The notes beneath the pieces were generated by a model, which ran no database searches, was not told where the DNA came from, and was given only the letters and a program-made list of their open reading frames with translations. The position numbers and the translations under genes are program-made. Positions 16,084 through 24,258 of a stretch of 32,000 nt of DNA are shown here, piece after piece. Position 1 is the stretch's first letter; each line of letters starts with the position of its first letter. The stretch lies in assembly GCF_042660085.1 (NCBI RefSeq), contig NZ_JBHSTI010000008.1, positions 1,239,876 through 1,271,875 on the forward strand, given 5' to 3'. This DNA is from Longivirga aurantiaca (lineage in GTDB: Bacteria; Actinomycetota; Actinomycetes; S36-B12; CAIYMF01).

Positions 16084-16734
16084 TCAGGCGTTGGCCTTCG
16101 CCGAGAAGATCGGCGCGCCGATGACGCTGCGGAACAGCGTGGTGCCGAGCTCGGCGTCGAGCGCGCCGGCGGCCACCGCCGTGAGGCGGAGCTGGGCGCC
16201 CGTCACCTGGACGTCGGTCGCGTCGACCTTGGCGTTGGCGAGGTCGATGTCGAAGAGCGCGACGCGGGCGCCGTCCGGCACCCCGCCGGGGCCGTCGGTG
16301 ACGGTGCCGATGAGCTGCGGGCTGGCGGTCTGGCCGACGGCGGTGCCGCCGTTGAGATCGATCGTGAAGTCCTTGACCACGATGCGCTTGGTGAACGAGC
16401 CGAGCTTCACGAAGGCGATGCCGCCCGAGTGGGTGATCTCGTTCGGCACGTTGCCCGCGAAGGTGCCGCCCTGCAGACCGGTGATCGGGAACGAGAACTT
16501 CAGGGCGAGCGGCGAGAAGCGCACGCCGTCGAGGCGACCGGGGGAGACGGCGTAGGGGAGGACGCCCGCCTTGACGATGGCCGGCGCGATGCCGGGGAGG
16601 GTGGTGACCGACGTGCGACCCGTGGTGGGGGACGCGATGTCGGTCACGGTCAGGGCGTTCGCCGAGGGGGCGGCTACCAGTGCGGTGGTGGCTGCGAAGC
16701 CGGCGGCGGCGATGACGGAGACGAGACGGCGCAT
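16084..16734 (-). CDS. Secreted hypothetical protein (216 aa)
   Basis: The signal peptide is MRRLVSVIAAAGFAATTALVAAPSANA, and GGAGGA lies 9 nt upstream of the ATG at 16734. The body is beta-rich and faintly reminiscent of HtaA-type domains (GGIAF...DFTIDL...RVALFDIDL...LT..AA..L). That resemblance is not a confident family call. Confidence 0.75.
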   Translation of the reverse strand: MRRLVSVIAAAGFAATTALVAAPSANALTVTDIASPTTGRTSVTTLPGIAPAIVKAGVLPYAVSPGRLDGVRFSPLALKFSFPITGLQGGTFAGNVPNEITHSGGIAFVKLGSFTKRIVVKDFTIDLNGGTAVGQTASPQLIGTVTDGPGGVPDGARVALFDIDLANAKVDATDVQVTGAQLRLTAVAAGALDAELGTTLFRSVIGAPIFSAKANA

Positions 16735-16824
16735 GCGGAGGGTCCTCCAGGGTCGGATGGCCGCCCCGATGCGGCCATGTGCCCCTTCTTCTGGTGCGAG
16801 CGGCCTTCTGGATGCAGACAACGC

Positions 16825-17217
16825 ATGCGGATCCCCGCGGACGCCGTTCTGGATGCACCCTCCGCCGACGGCACGACCGTCGTCGGCACGCTCGCGTCGT
16901 CCGAGGCGCTGACCTCGGGGGCAGCGGCCTGGACGAGCCGCGCGGCCATGCCGACCGGTCGTCGGGCGACGGCGGTCCAGGTGGTCAACCCTCGCGCGTA
17001 CGTCATCGGCGGGGAGATCACCGGAACGGGTGGCGCGTTCACCAGGAACGAGTCGTACGACCCGGTCGCGGACGCCTTGCGTACTGAGGCAGCGCTCTCG
17101 CCGGGACGCCACGGAGCGACCTCGACCGTGATCGGTGGTCGCGTCTGTCTGGTCGGCGGCGGCACCGGAGGAACGTCACTCAGCACGCTCACGACCGTCT
17201 TCTCCCCGCCCGCCTGA
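16825..17217 (+). CDS. Kelch-repeat-like fragment (130 aa, about 2 blades). Either a short gene or the 3' remnant of a longer one.
   Basis: W..RAAMP.GR..TAVQVV..RAYVIGGE......NESYDP....L......SPGRHGATSTVIGGRVCLVGG matches the Kelch blade pattern. Two blades cannot close a propeller on their own. GC3 is only moderately biased. Confidence 0.45.
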   Translation: MRIPADAVLDAPSADGTTVVGTLASSEALTSGAAAWTSRAAMPTGRRATAVQVVNPRAYVIGGEITGTGGAFTRNESYDPVADALRTEAALSPGRHGATSTVIGGRVCLVGGGTGGTSLSTLTTVFSPPA

Positions 17218-17236
17218 CCAACCGGTACCACGATGC

Positions 17237-17268
17237 TGCCCCGTCCCCGATCCGCTCGGGACGGGGCA
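17237..17268 (+). terminator. Hairpin (about 13 bp with one bulged C, 5-nt loop) 20 nt after the Kelch-like ORF stop
   Basis: TGCCCCGTCCC(C)GA tccgc TCGGGACGGGGCA. Confidence 0.5.
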
Positions 17269-17389
17269 CCGTCGTCCTGCGGGGTGCGGACCGTGACTCG
17301 ACCACTGCTACCAGCCGTCCCCGCCCGTGGGCCGTCACGAGGTCGTCGAGCTCGTCCAGCGGCGCGAGGTCGGGGGCTGTCCGGGCGCC

Positions 17390-17714
17390 TTACGGCCCCC
17401 CGGACGTGACGCGGTCACCGGGGGGAGACCGTCGACACCCAGGTCGACACCGGGCGGCCGTCGTACGGCGTGACGACGAAGCGCGCGTGCGGCTGCCCCG
17501 GGTCCCCGGCGAAGAATCAGCACCGGCGCTGGTCCTGCGGGCCGTGGACGATGGCGAACTGGCCGGGTCGGAACGGGACGGGCGATCCGGTCGCCACGAC
17601 GAGGTCGAACACCGCCGGTCCCACCTCGGCGATGGAGAGGACCGTCCCGTGCTCGACCCGCACGGGGCGGAGCGGGTCGGGCTGGTCGGCCACCCTCAGC
17701 GGCTTGATCGTCAC
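17390..17714 (-). pseudogene. Degraded N-terminal fragment of an FNR-family (FAD-binding, PGQF-type) oxidoreductase
   Basis: The 65-aa ORF 17517..17714 (..VFDLVVATGSPVPFRPGQFAIVHGPQDQRRC) stops at a TGA. The same frame continues FFAGDPGQPHARFVVTPYDGRPVSTWV, which is FNR-like, to a second TGA at 17415-17417. A frame shift at a run of six C then gives PPGDRVTSGGP followed by TAA. No NAD-binding half follows. Confidence 0.5.
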
Positions 17715-17735
17715 GTGGGTCGTCGCGGACGACCG

Positions 17736-19895
17736 TCAGCGGACGGCGGCCGCCTTGACGACGACGCTGTCGCGGACGGCCGGCCGCGCGAGCGACCCGG
17801 TCACGACCCAGACCTCGCGGGCGCTCCCCACCCGCACGGTGGTGCTGGCGACGGCGACGCGCACCTTCAGCAGCGCGCTGGCACCAGGGGCGAGCGCAGC
17901 GGTCCGGTACGTGCCGGCCGTCACCGCGGCTGTGACGTTGCGGTCGCCGTACCAGTAGCTGACGGCGAATCCGCCGCCGCTCGGGGTGCCGCGGACCGTC
18001 ATGGTGTCGGTGCGCTTGCCGTCGTTGACGATGCGGACGTAGGCGCTGCCCGCCTTGGTCGACCAGCTGAGCGAGATCGGCATCGTCATGCGCGTGGTCG
18101 TGTAGCTGTCGACGCCGAGCCAGGCGCCGCCGCTGACCTTGCGCACCTGGGCGTCGGGCCGGTAGGCGGCCGTCACCGTGTAGTGCAGGGTCTTGGTGGT
18201 GACGTTGCCGTCGCCGTCGGTGGCACGCACCGTGAGGGTGCGGGCGCCCGCCGTCCGGGTGTCGAGCGCGGCTCCCGACGCGACCGGTGCGGTGCAGGTG
18301 CGCAGGCCGGACCCGCCGCGGTCGGAGCAGGTGTAGTCGACCTTGACCACGGCGTCCTGCAGGAAGGTGGACCCCTCGAGCCCCGACGTGAACGCGACGG
18401 TCGGGGGCGTCGCGTCCGGCACAGGTGCGAGAGCGGCGCGGTACGTGAACCACGTGGCGGTCGGGTCGCGCAGCTCCCAGAGCAGAGTGCCGGCAGCGTT
18501 GACCTCGCTCGCCGTGGCATCGGTCTCGGACGCCCAGCCGATGAGCGTGTTCCCGTTGCTGAGGCGCAGGGCCGAGCCGGCGAACAGCGCATAGCGATCG
18601 GCCACCTCGTAGTTCCAGGCGATCGTCGCCTCGCCGGTCGCCTCGTCGATCGCCCACTCGGTGATCCGCGTGGGGATGTGTGCCACCGGTGCACCGGTGG
18701 GATCGGCCGGGTCGGTGCAGAGCTTGTTGGCCGTCCACGCGCCGTTGTCGAAGAGCAGGATGTTGCCGTTGGGCAGCTCGTCCGCCGTGTGCTGCGCACA
18801 CGGTCCGCCGTCCGGGTCGCCCGCCAGGTCGGTGAACGTGAAGTCGCTCAGCTTCCCGCCGAGCCGCCACACCACGTCGCCCACGCTGAAGCCGTCGTGC
18901 GCCGTGCGCGCGACCTTGAAGACCGAGCTGAGGTGCCGGAACGACATCAGGAGGTCGCCGTCGGCCATGACGTCGAACGAGTTGATGTGCGCGTAGTCGG
19001 TGGGGAACTGCGTGTTGGCTGCAACCGACTCGATTGCCGGGTTCACGTGGTCGGCGGAGTTCCACTCGAAGAGCACGTCGCCGTCGCTCGAGATGTGCTG
19101 CACCACGGAGTCGATGAGGCCGCTCACCGCGTTCGGCTCGTACGCCATGAGATAGCGGCTTCCGTCGGGCATGAGCAGCGAGTCGTGGCTGTCGGTGTCG
19201 ACGAGGCCGACGGTTCGGTATCGGTTGACCTCGCGGAACTGGGAGTCGAGCTCGACCACGTCGGTGCCGGTGCGGCCTTCGCCGTTCGTCGTGCGGCTGA
19301 CCGTCCAGCCGCCGCCGGGCTGCGCCTTGAGGTCCAGGGACTGCGTCGTCGTCTTCACGTACGACGGGACGCCGTTGCGGTCGACCGCAGCCTCGAAGAA
19401 CGGCCCGGGCGTGAGCCACTTGCCCAGGGTGAGCAGCACGTCGCCGGTGGCGAGGGCCGTGCTCGGCGTGATGTCGATCCGCTCCAGCGCCGGGAACTGC
19501 GCGGGCAGGTAGACGAGGGAGTGGCGTGCGGTGCCGGCGGCGTCGACGAAGAAGACGGCGATCTCGGCGCCCTCGGTGAGCCCTGTGACGGTCGTGCTGG
19601 CGCCCGTGAGCTTGCGGCCGTTGACGTACACGCTGCCGGCGGGGTCGCTGGTCGAGGCCGCGACGACCACGGTGCCCGCGGTGTCGGCGGTAGTGGTGAT
19701 GCCGTAGCGCGCGATGGCCGGATCGAACGCAGGGTAGGAGCCAACCCCGGTGCCGCTGACGGCGAGGGTGCGCACGGGCGTCGGATCGGCGGTGACGCCC
19801 ACGGCTCCGGCGGTGCCGGTAGAGACCACCGCGGGGAGGGGGAGGGCGACGACTGCGGCGAGGAGGGCGGCGATGCGCTTCACGGCTCGGGACAC
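17736..19895 (-). CDS. Secreted arylsulfotransferase (ASST)-family beta-propeller protein with an N-terminal cadherin-like domain and C-terminal Ig-like domains (719 aa)
   Basis: The signal peptide is KRIAALLAAVVALPLPAVVSTGTAGA. The N-terminal L.VSG..L.P.FDP....Y pattern fits a cadherin-like beta sandwich. The core has TDSHDSLLMPDGS, YAHINSFD, LLFDNG and LSNGNTLIGW, typical of ASST/Arylsulfotran_2. The start is GTG at 19895, or an internal GTG 4 codons in. Confidence 0.78.
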   Translation of the reverse strand: MSRAVKRIAALLAAVVALPLPAVVSTGTAGAVGVTADPTPVRTLAVSGTGVGSYPAFDPAIARYGITTTADTAGTVVVAASTSDPAGSVYVNGRKLTGASTTVTGLTEGAEIAVFFVDAAGTARHSLVYLPAQFPALERIDITPSTALATGDVLLTLGKWLTPGPFFEAAVDRNGVPSYVKTTTQSLDLKAQPGGGWTVSRTTNGEGRTGTDVVELDSQFREVNRYRTVGLVDTDSHDSLLMPDGSRYLMAYEPNAVSGLIDSVVQHISSDGDVLFEWNSADHVNPAIESVAANTQFPTDYAHINSFDVMADGDLLMSFRHLSSVFKVARTAHDGFSVGDVVWRLGGKLSDFTFTDLAGDPDGGPCAQHTADELPNGNILLFDNGAWTANKLCTDPADPTGAPVAHIPTRITEWAIDEATGEATIAWNYEVADRYALFAGSALRLSNGNTLIGWASETDATASEVNAAGTLLWELRDPTATWFTYRAALAPVPDATPPTVAFTSGLEGSTFLQDAVVKVDYTCSDRGGSGLRTCTAPVASGAALDTRTAGARTLTVRATDGDGNVTTKTLHYTVTAAYRPDAQVRKVSGGAWLGVDSYTTTRMTMPISLSWSTKAGSAYVRIVNDGKRTDTMTVRGTPSGGGFAVSYWYGDRNVTAAVTAGTYRTAALAPGASALLKVRVAVASTTVRVGSAREVWVVTGSLARPAVRDSVVVKAAAVR

Positions 19896-19981
19896 GCGGG
19901 CAGCCTAAGTGCGTCCCGGCCCTGACGACGGCGTGTCACGCGACGGATCCAGGATGTGACCAGCTTGAGACCAGGGTGCGG

Positions 19982-22390
19982 TCAGCGACCTACCACGGAG
20001 GTCCGCTCGGATCGGGACAGCGCGAGGTCGAAGGGCCCCGCCGGGGCGAGGTCGAACGGCCCGGCGGCCGCGAGGTCGGCCGCAGCGGCCAGGGGGAGCG
20101 GGCGGCTGAACAGGTAGCCCTGGGCGAAGTCGCAGCCGAGGTCACGGACGGCGGTCGCGCTCGGCCAGTCCTCGACGCCTTCGGCGATGACCGAGAGGTC
20201 CATCGCGTGGGCCATGGCCACCACACCGGCGACCAGTGCGCGCGAGCGCGGGTCGTGCAGCTCGGCGACGAACATCTTGTCGATCTTCAGGACGTCCACC
20301 GGGAGGCGGTGGAGGTAGCCGACGGACGAGTAGCCGATGCCGAAGTCGTCGATCGCGAGTCGCACACCGCCCTGCTTGAGACCGGTGAGCGCGGCGACGG
20401 TCGGCAGGTCGTGGCCGAGGAGCATGCCCTCGGTCAGCTCGAGCACGAGCGGCACCTCGGGGTCGAGGTCGCGCAGCTCGCGCACCCGCTCGGCGAGGGT
20501 CTCGTCCGTGACCTGCATGGGGGAGAGGTTGACGCCGAGAGCGATGGGGCGGCCGGCACGCGCCGCCAGCGTGCGCCCGCCCGCGTGCGCCTGCTCGAGG
20601 ATCTGCCGGCCGAGCTGACGGATCAGGCCCGTGCGCTCGGCCGCGGGGATGAAGCGGTCGGGACCGATGTGGCCGAGTGTCGGGTGCGTCCAGCGGGCCA
20701 GCGCCTCGAAGCCGTCGATCAGCCCGGTGCGCAGGTCGACCACGGGCTGGAAGTGCACGGTGATCTGCTCGTCCCGGACCGCGAGCCGCAGCGCGTCCTC
20801 GAGCTCGAGCCGGTCGATCTCCTCGCTGCGCATCGACGGCTCGAACCGGGCGACGGTGCCCTTGCCGCGCGACTTGGCGGCGTACATCGCGGTGTCGGCG
20901 TTGTTGATCAGGTCCGACGCCGTCGTCGGGCCGGCGCCCGTGAACGTGATGCCGATGCTCACCTGCACCATCAGCTCCTGGCCGGCGGTGTCGAACGGCG
21001 CCTCGAGGGCGGCGGTCAGCCGCTCGGCGATGAGGAAGGCCTGGGACTCATCGGTGAGGTCGTCGAGCAGCACCCCGAACTCGTCGCCGCCGAGGCGGGC
21101 AGCGACGTCGCCCGGGCGCAGGCACTCGAGGATCCGGTGCGCCACCAGCAGCAGCAGGTCGTCGCCGACCCGGTGGCCGAGCCTGTCGTTGATGCCCTTG
21201 AAGCCGTCGAGGTCGCAGTAGAGGACGGCGAGCAGCCCCGACGGGTGCCGACCGTCGATGGCGGCGGTCAGCCGGTCGCTGAACACCGCGCGGTTGTGCA
21301 GGCCGGTGAGCGCGTCGTGGCGGGCGAGGAAGGTGGTCTCGTCCGAGAGCCGGCGTCGCTGGAACGCCGACGTGCCGACTGCGGTGAGCGTCTCGAGCGC
21401 GGCGCGGTCCTGCTCGGTGAACTCCCGGCCGGACGACTGCGCGCGGACGACGAGATGGCGCGTCGTCCCGTCGTCGAAGGTGATGGGGGAGCCGATCTCC
21501 TCGTCGGACGGCGGCTCCACGCGCAGGGTCGCGGTCGTCGAGCGCAGGGTGCGCTCGGCCTGCTGCACGAGCGAGTGCTCGATCTGGTCGTCGGTCAGCC
21601 AGTCCGGGGCCTGGGTCGCGGCCTCGAGCAGCCCGGTGAGCCGGCGCTGGGCGAGGCGGTTCTCGCTGACCGAGCGGACCGCGACAAGGATCGTCGCGAC
21701 GGGCACGAGCAGCAGGATCAGCGTCCACGTCGGGTGGTCCTCGACGAGGATCGCCGCGAGGTAGCCGAGCGTGTCGACGCTGACGAAGCAGGCGAGTCCG
21801 AGCGGCACCGAGCCCCAGCGCAGCACCGTGCTGATGGAGCAGCCGTCCTCGATCGCGATCGAGACGGCCGTGACGACCAGGTCGAAGGTGAAGTAGACGG
21901 CGCACGCGACCATCACCGACGCGAGCTGCCACGCGGGGTACTCGGGCCCGGGATCGGTGACCGCGACGATCAGCACGAACAGCGCGCCGCCGAGGATCGT
22001 CAGGCCGACGTTGAAGATGCGCGCGCGCCAGGACTTCTGCTGGGTGAGCATCGCGAGCGCTGTCGCGATCGACCACAGCGACAGCGCGTGCATCGGCGAC
22101 TCGGTGAGCACGAGGTACACGAGGACGCAGGTCTCGAAGCCGATGACGATGTCGCCCGACTGGTGCGTCAGCGTCAGGGGGAAGCGGGACATCACGAAGA
22201 CGAGGAGCACCGCGATGACACCGGTGGGCGCGAGGTCGATGCCCTCGCCGGCCCAGATCAGGACGCTGGAGACGGCGACGAGTACGCCCACGACGAAGAT
22301 GGCCACGTCGAGGGCAGCCGCTACCGCGGTGCGGCTCATGCGTGGGCTGGCCACGGTCACCCCCGTCACCGTTCGGTGGACAGTCGTCAT
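19982..22390 (-). CDS. Membrane-anchored GGDEF-EAL protein (diguanylate cyclase/phosphodiesterase), about 802 aa
   Basis: About 8 N-terminal TM helices are followed by an intact GGDEF domain (RLGGDEFGV). The EAL domain carries FEALARW, DDFGIGYSS, KIDKMFV and EGVE. The start is uncertain: ATG at 22390 or ATG at 22339. The track extension to 22549 is Pro/Arg-rich filler. Confidence 0.85.
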   Translation of the reverse strand: MTTVHRTVTGVTVASPRMSRTAVAAALDVAIFVVGVLVAVSSVLIWAGEGIDLAPTGVIAVLLVFVMSRFPLTLTHQSGDIVIGFETCVLVYLVLTESPMHALSLWSIATALAMLTQQKSWRARIFNVGLTILGGALFVLIVAVTDPGPEYPAWQLASVMVACAVYFTFDLVVTAVSIAIEDGCSISTVLRWGSVPLGLACFVSVDTLGYLAAILVEDHPTWTLILLLVPVATILVAVRSVSENRLAQRRLTGLLEAATQAPDWLTDDQIEHSLVQQAERTLRSTTATLRVEPPSDEEIGSPITFDDGTTRHLVVRAQSSGREFTEQDRAALETLTAVGTSAFQRRRLSDETTFLARHDALTGLHNRAVFSDRLTAAIDGRHPSGLLAVLYCDLDGFKGINDRLGHRVGDDLLLLVAHRILECLRPGDVAARLGGDEFGVLLDDLTDESQAFLIAERLTAALEAPFDTAGQELMVQVSIGITFTGAGPTTASDLINNADTAMYAAKSRGKGTVARFEPSMRSEEIDRLELEDALRLAVRDEQITVHFQPVVDLRTGLIDGFEALARWTHPTLGHIGPDRFIPAAERTGLIRQLGRQILEQAHAGGRTLAARAGRPIALGVNLSPMQVTDETLAERVRELRDLDPEVPLVLELTEGMLLGHDLPTVAALTGLKQGGVRLAIDDFGIGYSSVGYLHRLPVDVLKIDKMFVAELHDPRSRALVAGVVAMAHAMDLSVIAEGVEDWPSATAVRDLGCDFAQGYLFSRPLPLAAAADLAAAGPFDLAPAGPFDLALSRSERTSVVGR

Positions 22391-22523
22391 CGGTGATGTC
22401 GACCTGTACGGCGGAGACCTTGAGCAGCGCCCGGACGGGCGGACCGGCCCCGATGGTCCGGGACCAGGGTGCCCGGGCGTGTGGCGGGTTGCCTGCCGAG
22501 CGGCGAACCGACCGGTGAGCGGA

Positions 22524-23273
22524 CTAGGAGCCGCGGACGACCGTGGCACGGGGCGCGGCGGACACGGCCGCGGCCGCGAGGCCCTCCGCGCCCGCGGCGA
22601 GGGCGGCAGGGGCGGCGCCGGCGCTGGCGCTGGCGGCGGCCTCGCGCAGGATCACCCAGACGGCGCGGACGTCCTCCGTGCCGCGGTTCTCGAGCCGGTG
22701 CGGCTCGGAGGCGTCGAACGTGACGGTGTCGCCCGGGTGCAGGGTCCAGGTGTCGAACATGTGGTGGAAGGTGAGCTCGCCGGACTCGATGTAGGCGCAC
22801 TCGAAGCCCTGGTGCTGCGAGAACTTCCCGGACTTGCCCGAGCTGCTCCCGGGCGCGTACGTCACGAGGATGAACTCGAGGCCGGCCGGGGCGGCGTTGG
22901 AGAGCTTCTCCCAGGTGACGCCGGACTCGAGCTCGATCGTCACGCGCTCGCCGGGCACGAGCACGGGCCCGCGGGGCGCCGCCGACGCGGGCCTGCTGGA
23001 GGCGGCCCGGGGGCCAGGCGTGGGCTGACCGGACCCGGACGACGTGACCGACGCGGCGGGGGGATCGCCGGCCGGGTTCTCGAACAGGTCGTCGAGGGTG
23101 AGGCCGAGCTCGTTGACGAGCTTGTACAGGGTGGCCACCGAGGCTCGGCAGCGGTCGTTCTCGACCTGGGAGAGCATGCTCGCCGACACCCCGACGCGGC
23201 TGCCGAGCTCGCGCAGCGAGAGCCCGAGCTCGCGTCGGCGCGCCCGAAGACGCGGCCCTGCGGCTGCCTGCAT
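22524..23273 (-). CDS. XRE-family HTH + C-terminal cupin transcriptional regulator (249 aa)
   Basis: The N-terminal HTH_3 pattern is LRARRRELGLSLRELGSRVGVSASMLSQVENDR. A low-complexity linker follows, then a cupin (GFECAYIESGELTF...LHPGDTVTFDASEPHRLEN). AGGAG lies just upstream of the ATG at 23273. Confidence 0.85.
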   Translation of the reverse strand: MQAAAGPRLRARRRELGLSLRELGSRVGVSASMLSQVENDRCRASVATLYKLVNELGLTLDDLFENPAGDPPAASVTSSGSGQPTPGPRAASSRPASAAPRGPVLVPGERVTIELESGVTWEKLSNAAPAGLEFILVTYAPGSSSGKSGKFSQHQGFECAYIESGELTFHHMFDTWTLHPGDTVTFDASEPHRLENRGTEDVRAVWVILREAAASASAGAAPAALAAGAEGLAAAAVSAAPRATVVRGS

Positions 23274-23371
23274 GGCTCCTGCCCCCTCGCGGGTCGTCCC
23301 GGGGGCGCGCCGCGCCCCGACGTTCATCGGCACTGTACTGCACGGGCGCTGGCGACGGCGGGGTCCGACCC

Positions 23372-23383
23372 GCGTGATCACGC
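23372..23383. promoter_or_regulatory. Perfect 12-bp palindrome GCGTGATCACGC in the divergent XRE-cupin / SDR intergenic region. Candidate operator.
   Basis: The sequence is self-complementary and lies about 100 nt from each flanking start codon. Confidence 0.3.
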
Positions 23384-23476
23384 TCAACGGCACGCCCGAG
23401 GCCCCGGCGGTGAGCCTCGGGGAGCCCGTCGCGCAGGCTCCTCCCAGAACATTGCTGAACACTTGTAAAGAAATAC

Positions 23477-23505
23477 TTGACGCTCTCGGACCGCCTCCTT
23501 AGTCT
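23477..23505 (+). promoter_or_regulatory. Sigma-70/SigA-like promoter for the SDR-bicupin operon: -35 TTGACG, 17-nt spacer, -10 TAGTCT
   Basis: TTGACG (23477-23482) and TAGTCT (23500-23505) sit in a locally AT-richer patch (CTTGTAAAGAAATACTTGACG), about 50 nt upstream of the GTG at 23554. Confidence 0.45.
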
Positions 23506-23553
23506 CGCGGGGACGCCGCCCTCTGTCGGAGGGCGCTGCAGCAGGAGGATCCC

Positions 23554-24258
23554 GTGGGAGAGCACACCAGGCAGGGCACCGCCGTCATCCTCGGCGGGAC
23601 GTCGGGCATCGGGCGCGAGCTCGCCGCACGGCTCGCGGCGGACGGGATGTCGGTCGTCATCTCGGGGCGCGACGCCGACCGCGCGCAGTCGGTCGCCGCG
23701 GAGATCGGACCCACCGTCCGCGGCATCGCCCTCGACCTCGCGGAGCCGGCCTCCATCGCCGCCGCCCTGTCGGACGTCGAGAGCGTCGACCACCTCGTGG
23801 TGGCCGCCATCGAGCGCGACGCCAACGGCATCAAGGAGTACGACGTCGCCCGCGCGACGCGCCTCGTCACGCTCAAGCTGGTCGGGTACGCCGAGGCCGT
23901 CCACGTCCTGCACGACCGCTTCACCCCGAGCGCCTCGATCGTGCTGTTCGGCGGCCTCGCGATGCTGCGCCCCTACCCGGGCTCGACCACGGTCACCACC
24001 GTCAACGGCGGCATCAGCTCGATGGTGCGCACGCTCGCCAGCGAGCTCGCACCCGTACGCGTCAACGCGCTCCACCCGGGCATCGTCGGAGACAGCCCGG
24101 AGTGGAAGGAGAAGAGCCTCGACCTCGTGGTCTCGCGCACGCCCATCGGCCGGACCGTGACGATGGACGAGATCGTCGGTGCCACGCTCTTCCTTCTCGA
24201 CAACGGAGGCGTCAACGCGGTCAACCTCATGGTCGACGGCGGGACCATGGTTCGCTGA
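23554..24258 (+). CDS. SDR-family NAD(P)-binding protein (234 aa) lacking an obvious YxxxK catalytic motif
   Basis: The cofactor motif is GGTSGIGRELA, and VRVNALHPGIV follows later. AGGAGGA lies 5 nt before the GTG start. No Y-x-x-x-K occurs anywhere; the position aligned with YxxxK reads V-T-T-V-N (TTVNGGISSMVRTLASEL). Confidence 0.85.
   Translation: MGEHTRQGTAVILGGTSGIGRELAARLAADGMSVVISGRDADRAQSVAAEIGPTVRGIALDLAEPASIAAALSDVESVDHLVVAAIERDANGIKEYDVARATRLVTLKLVGYAEAVHVLHDRFTPSASIVLFGGLAMLRPYPGSTTVTTVNGGISSMVRTLASELAPVRVNALHPGIVGDSPEWKEKSLDLVVSRTPIGRTVTMDEIVGATLFLLDNGGVNAVNLMVDGGTMVR

Noticed and set aside
17415-17519. The in-frame TGA in the FNR-like fragment as a selenocysteine codon or programmed recoding site
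   Set aside because: A second stop, a frame shift and the complete absence of the NAD-binding half follow it. Simple gene decay explains the pattern better. I saw no SECIS-like hairpin immediately downstream.
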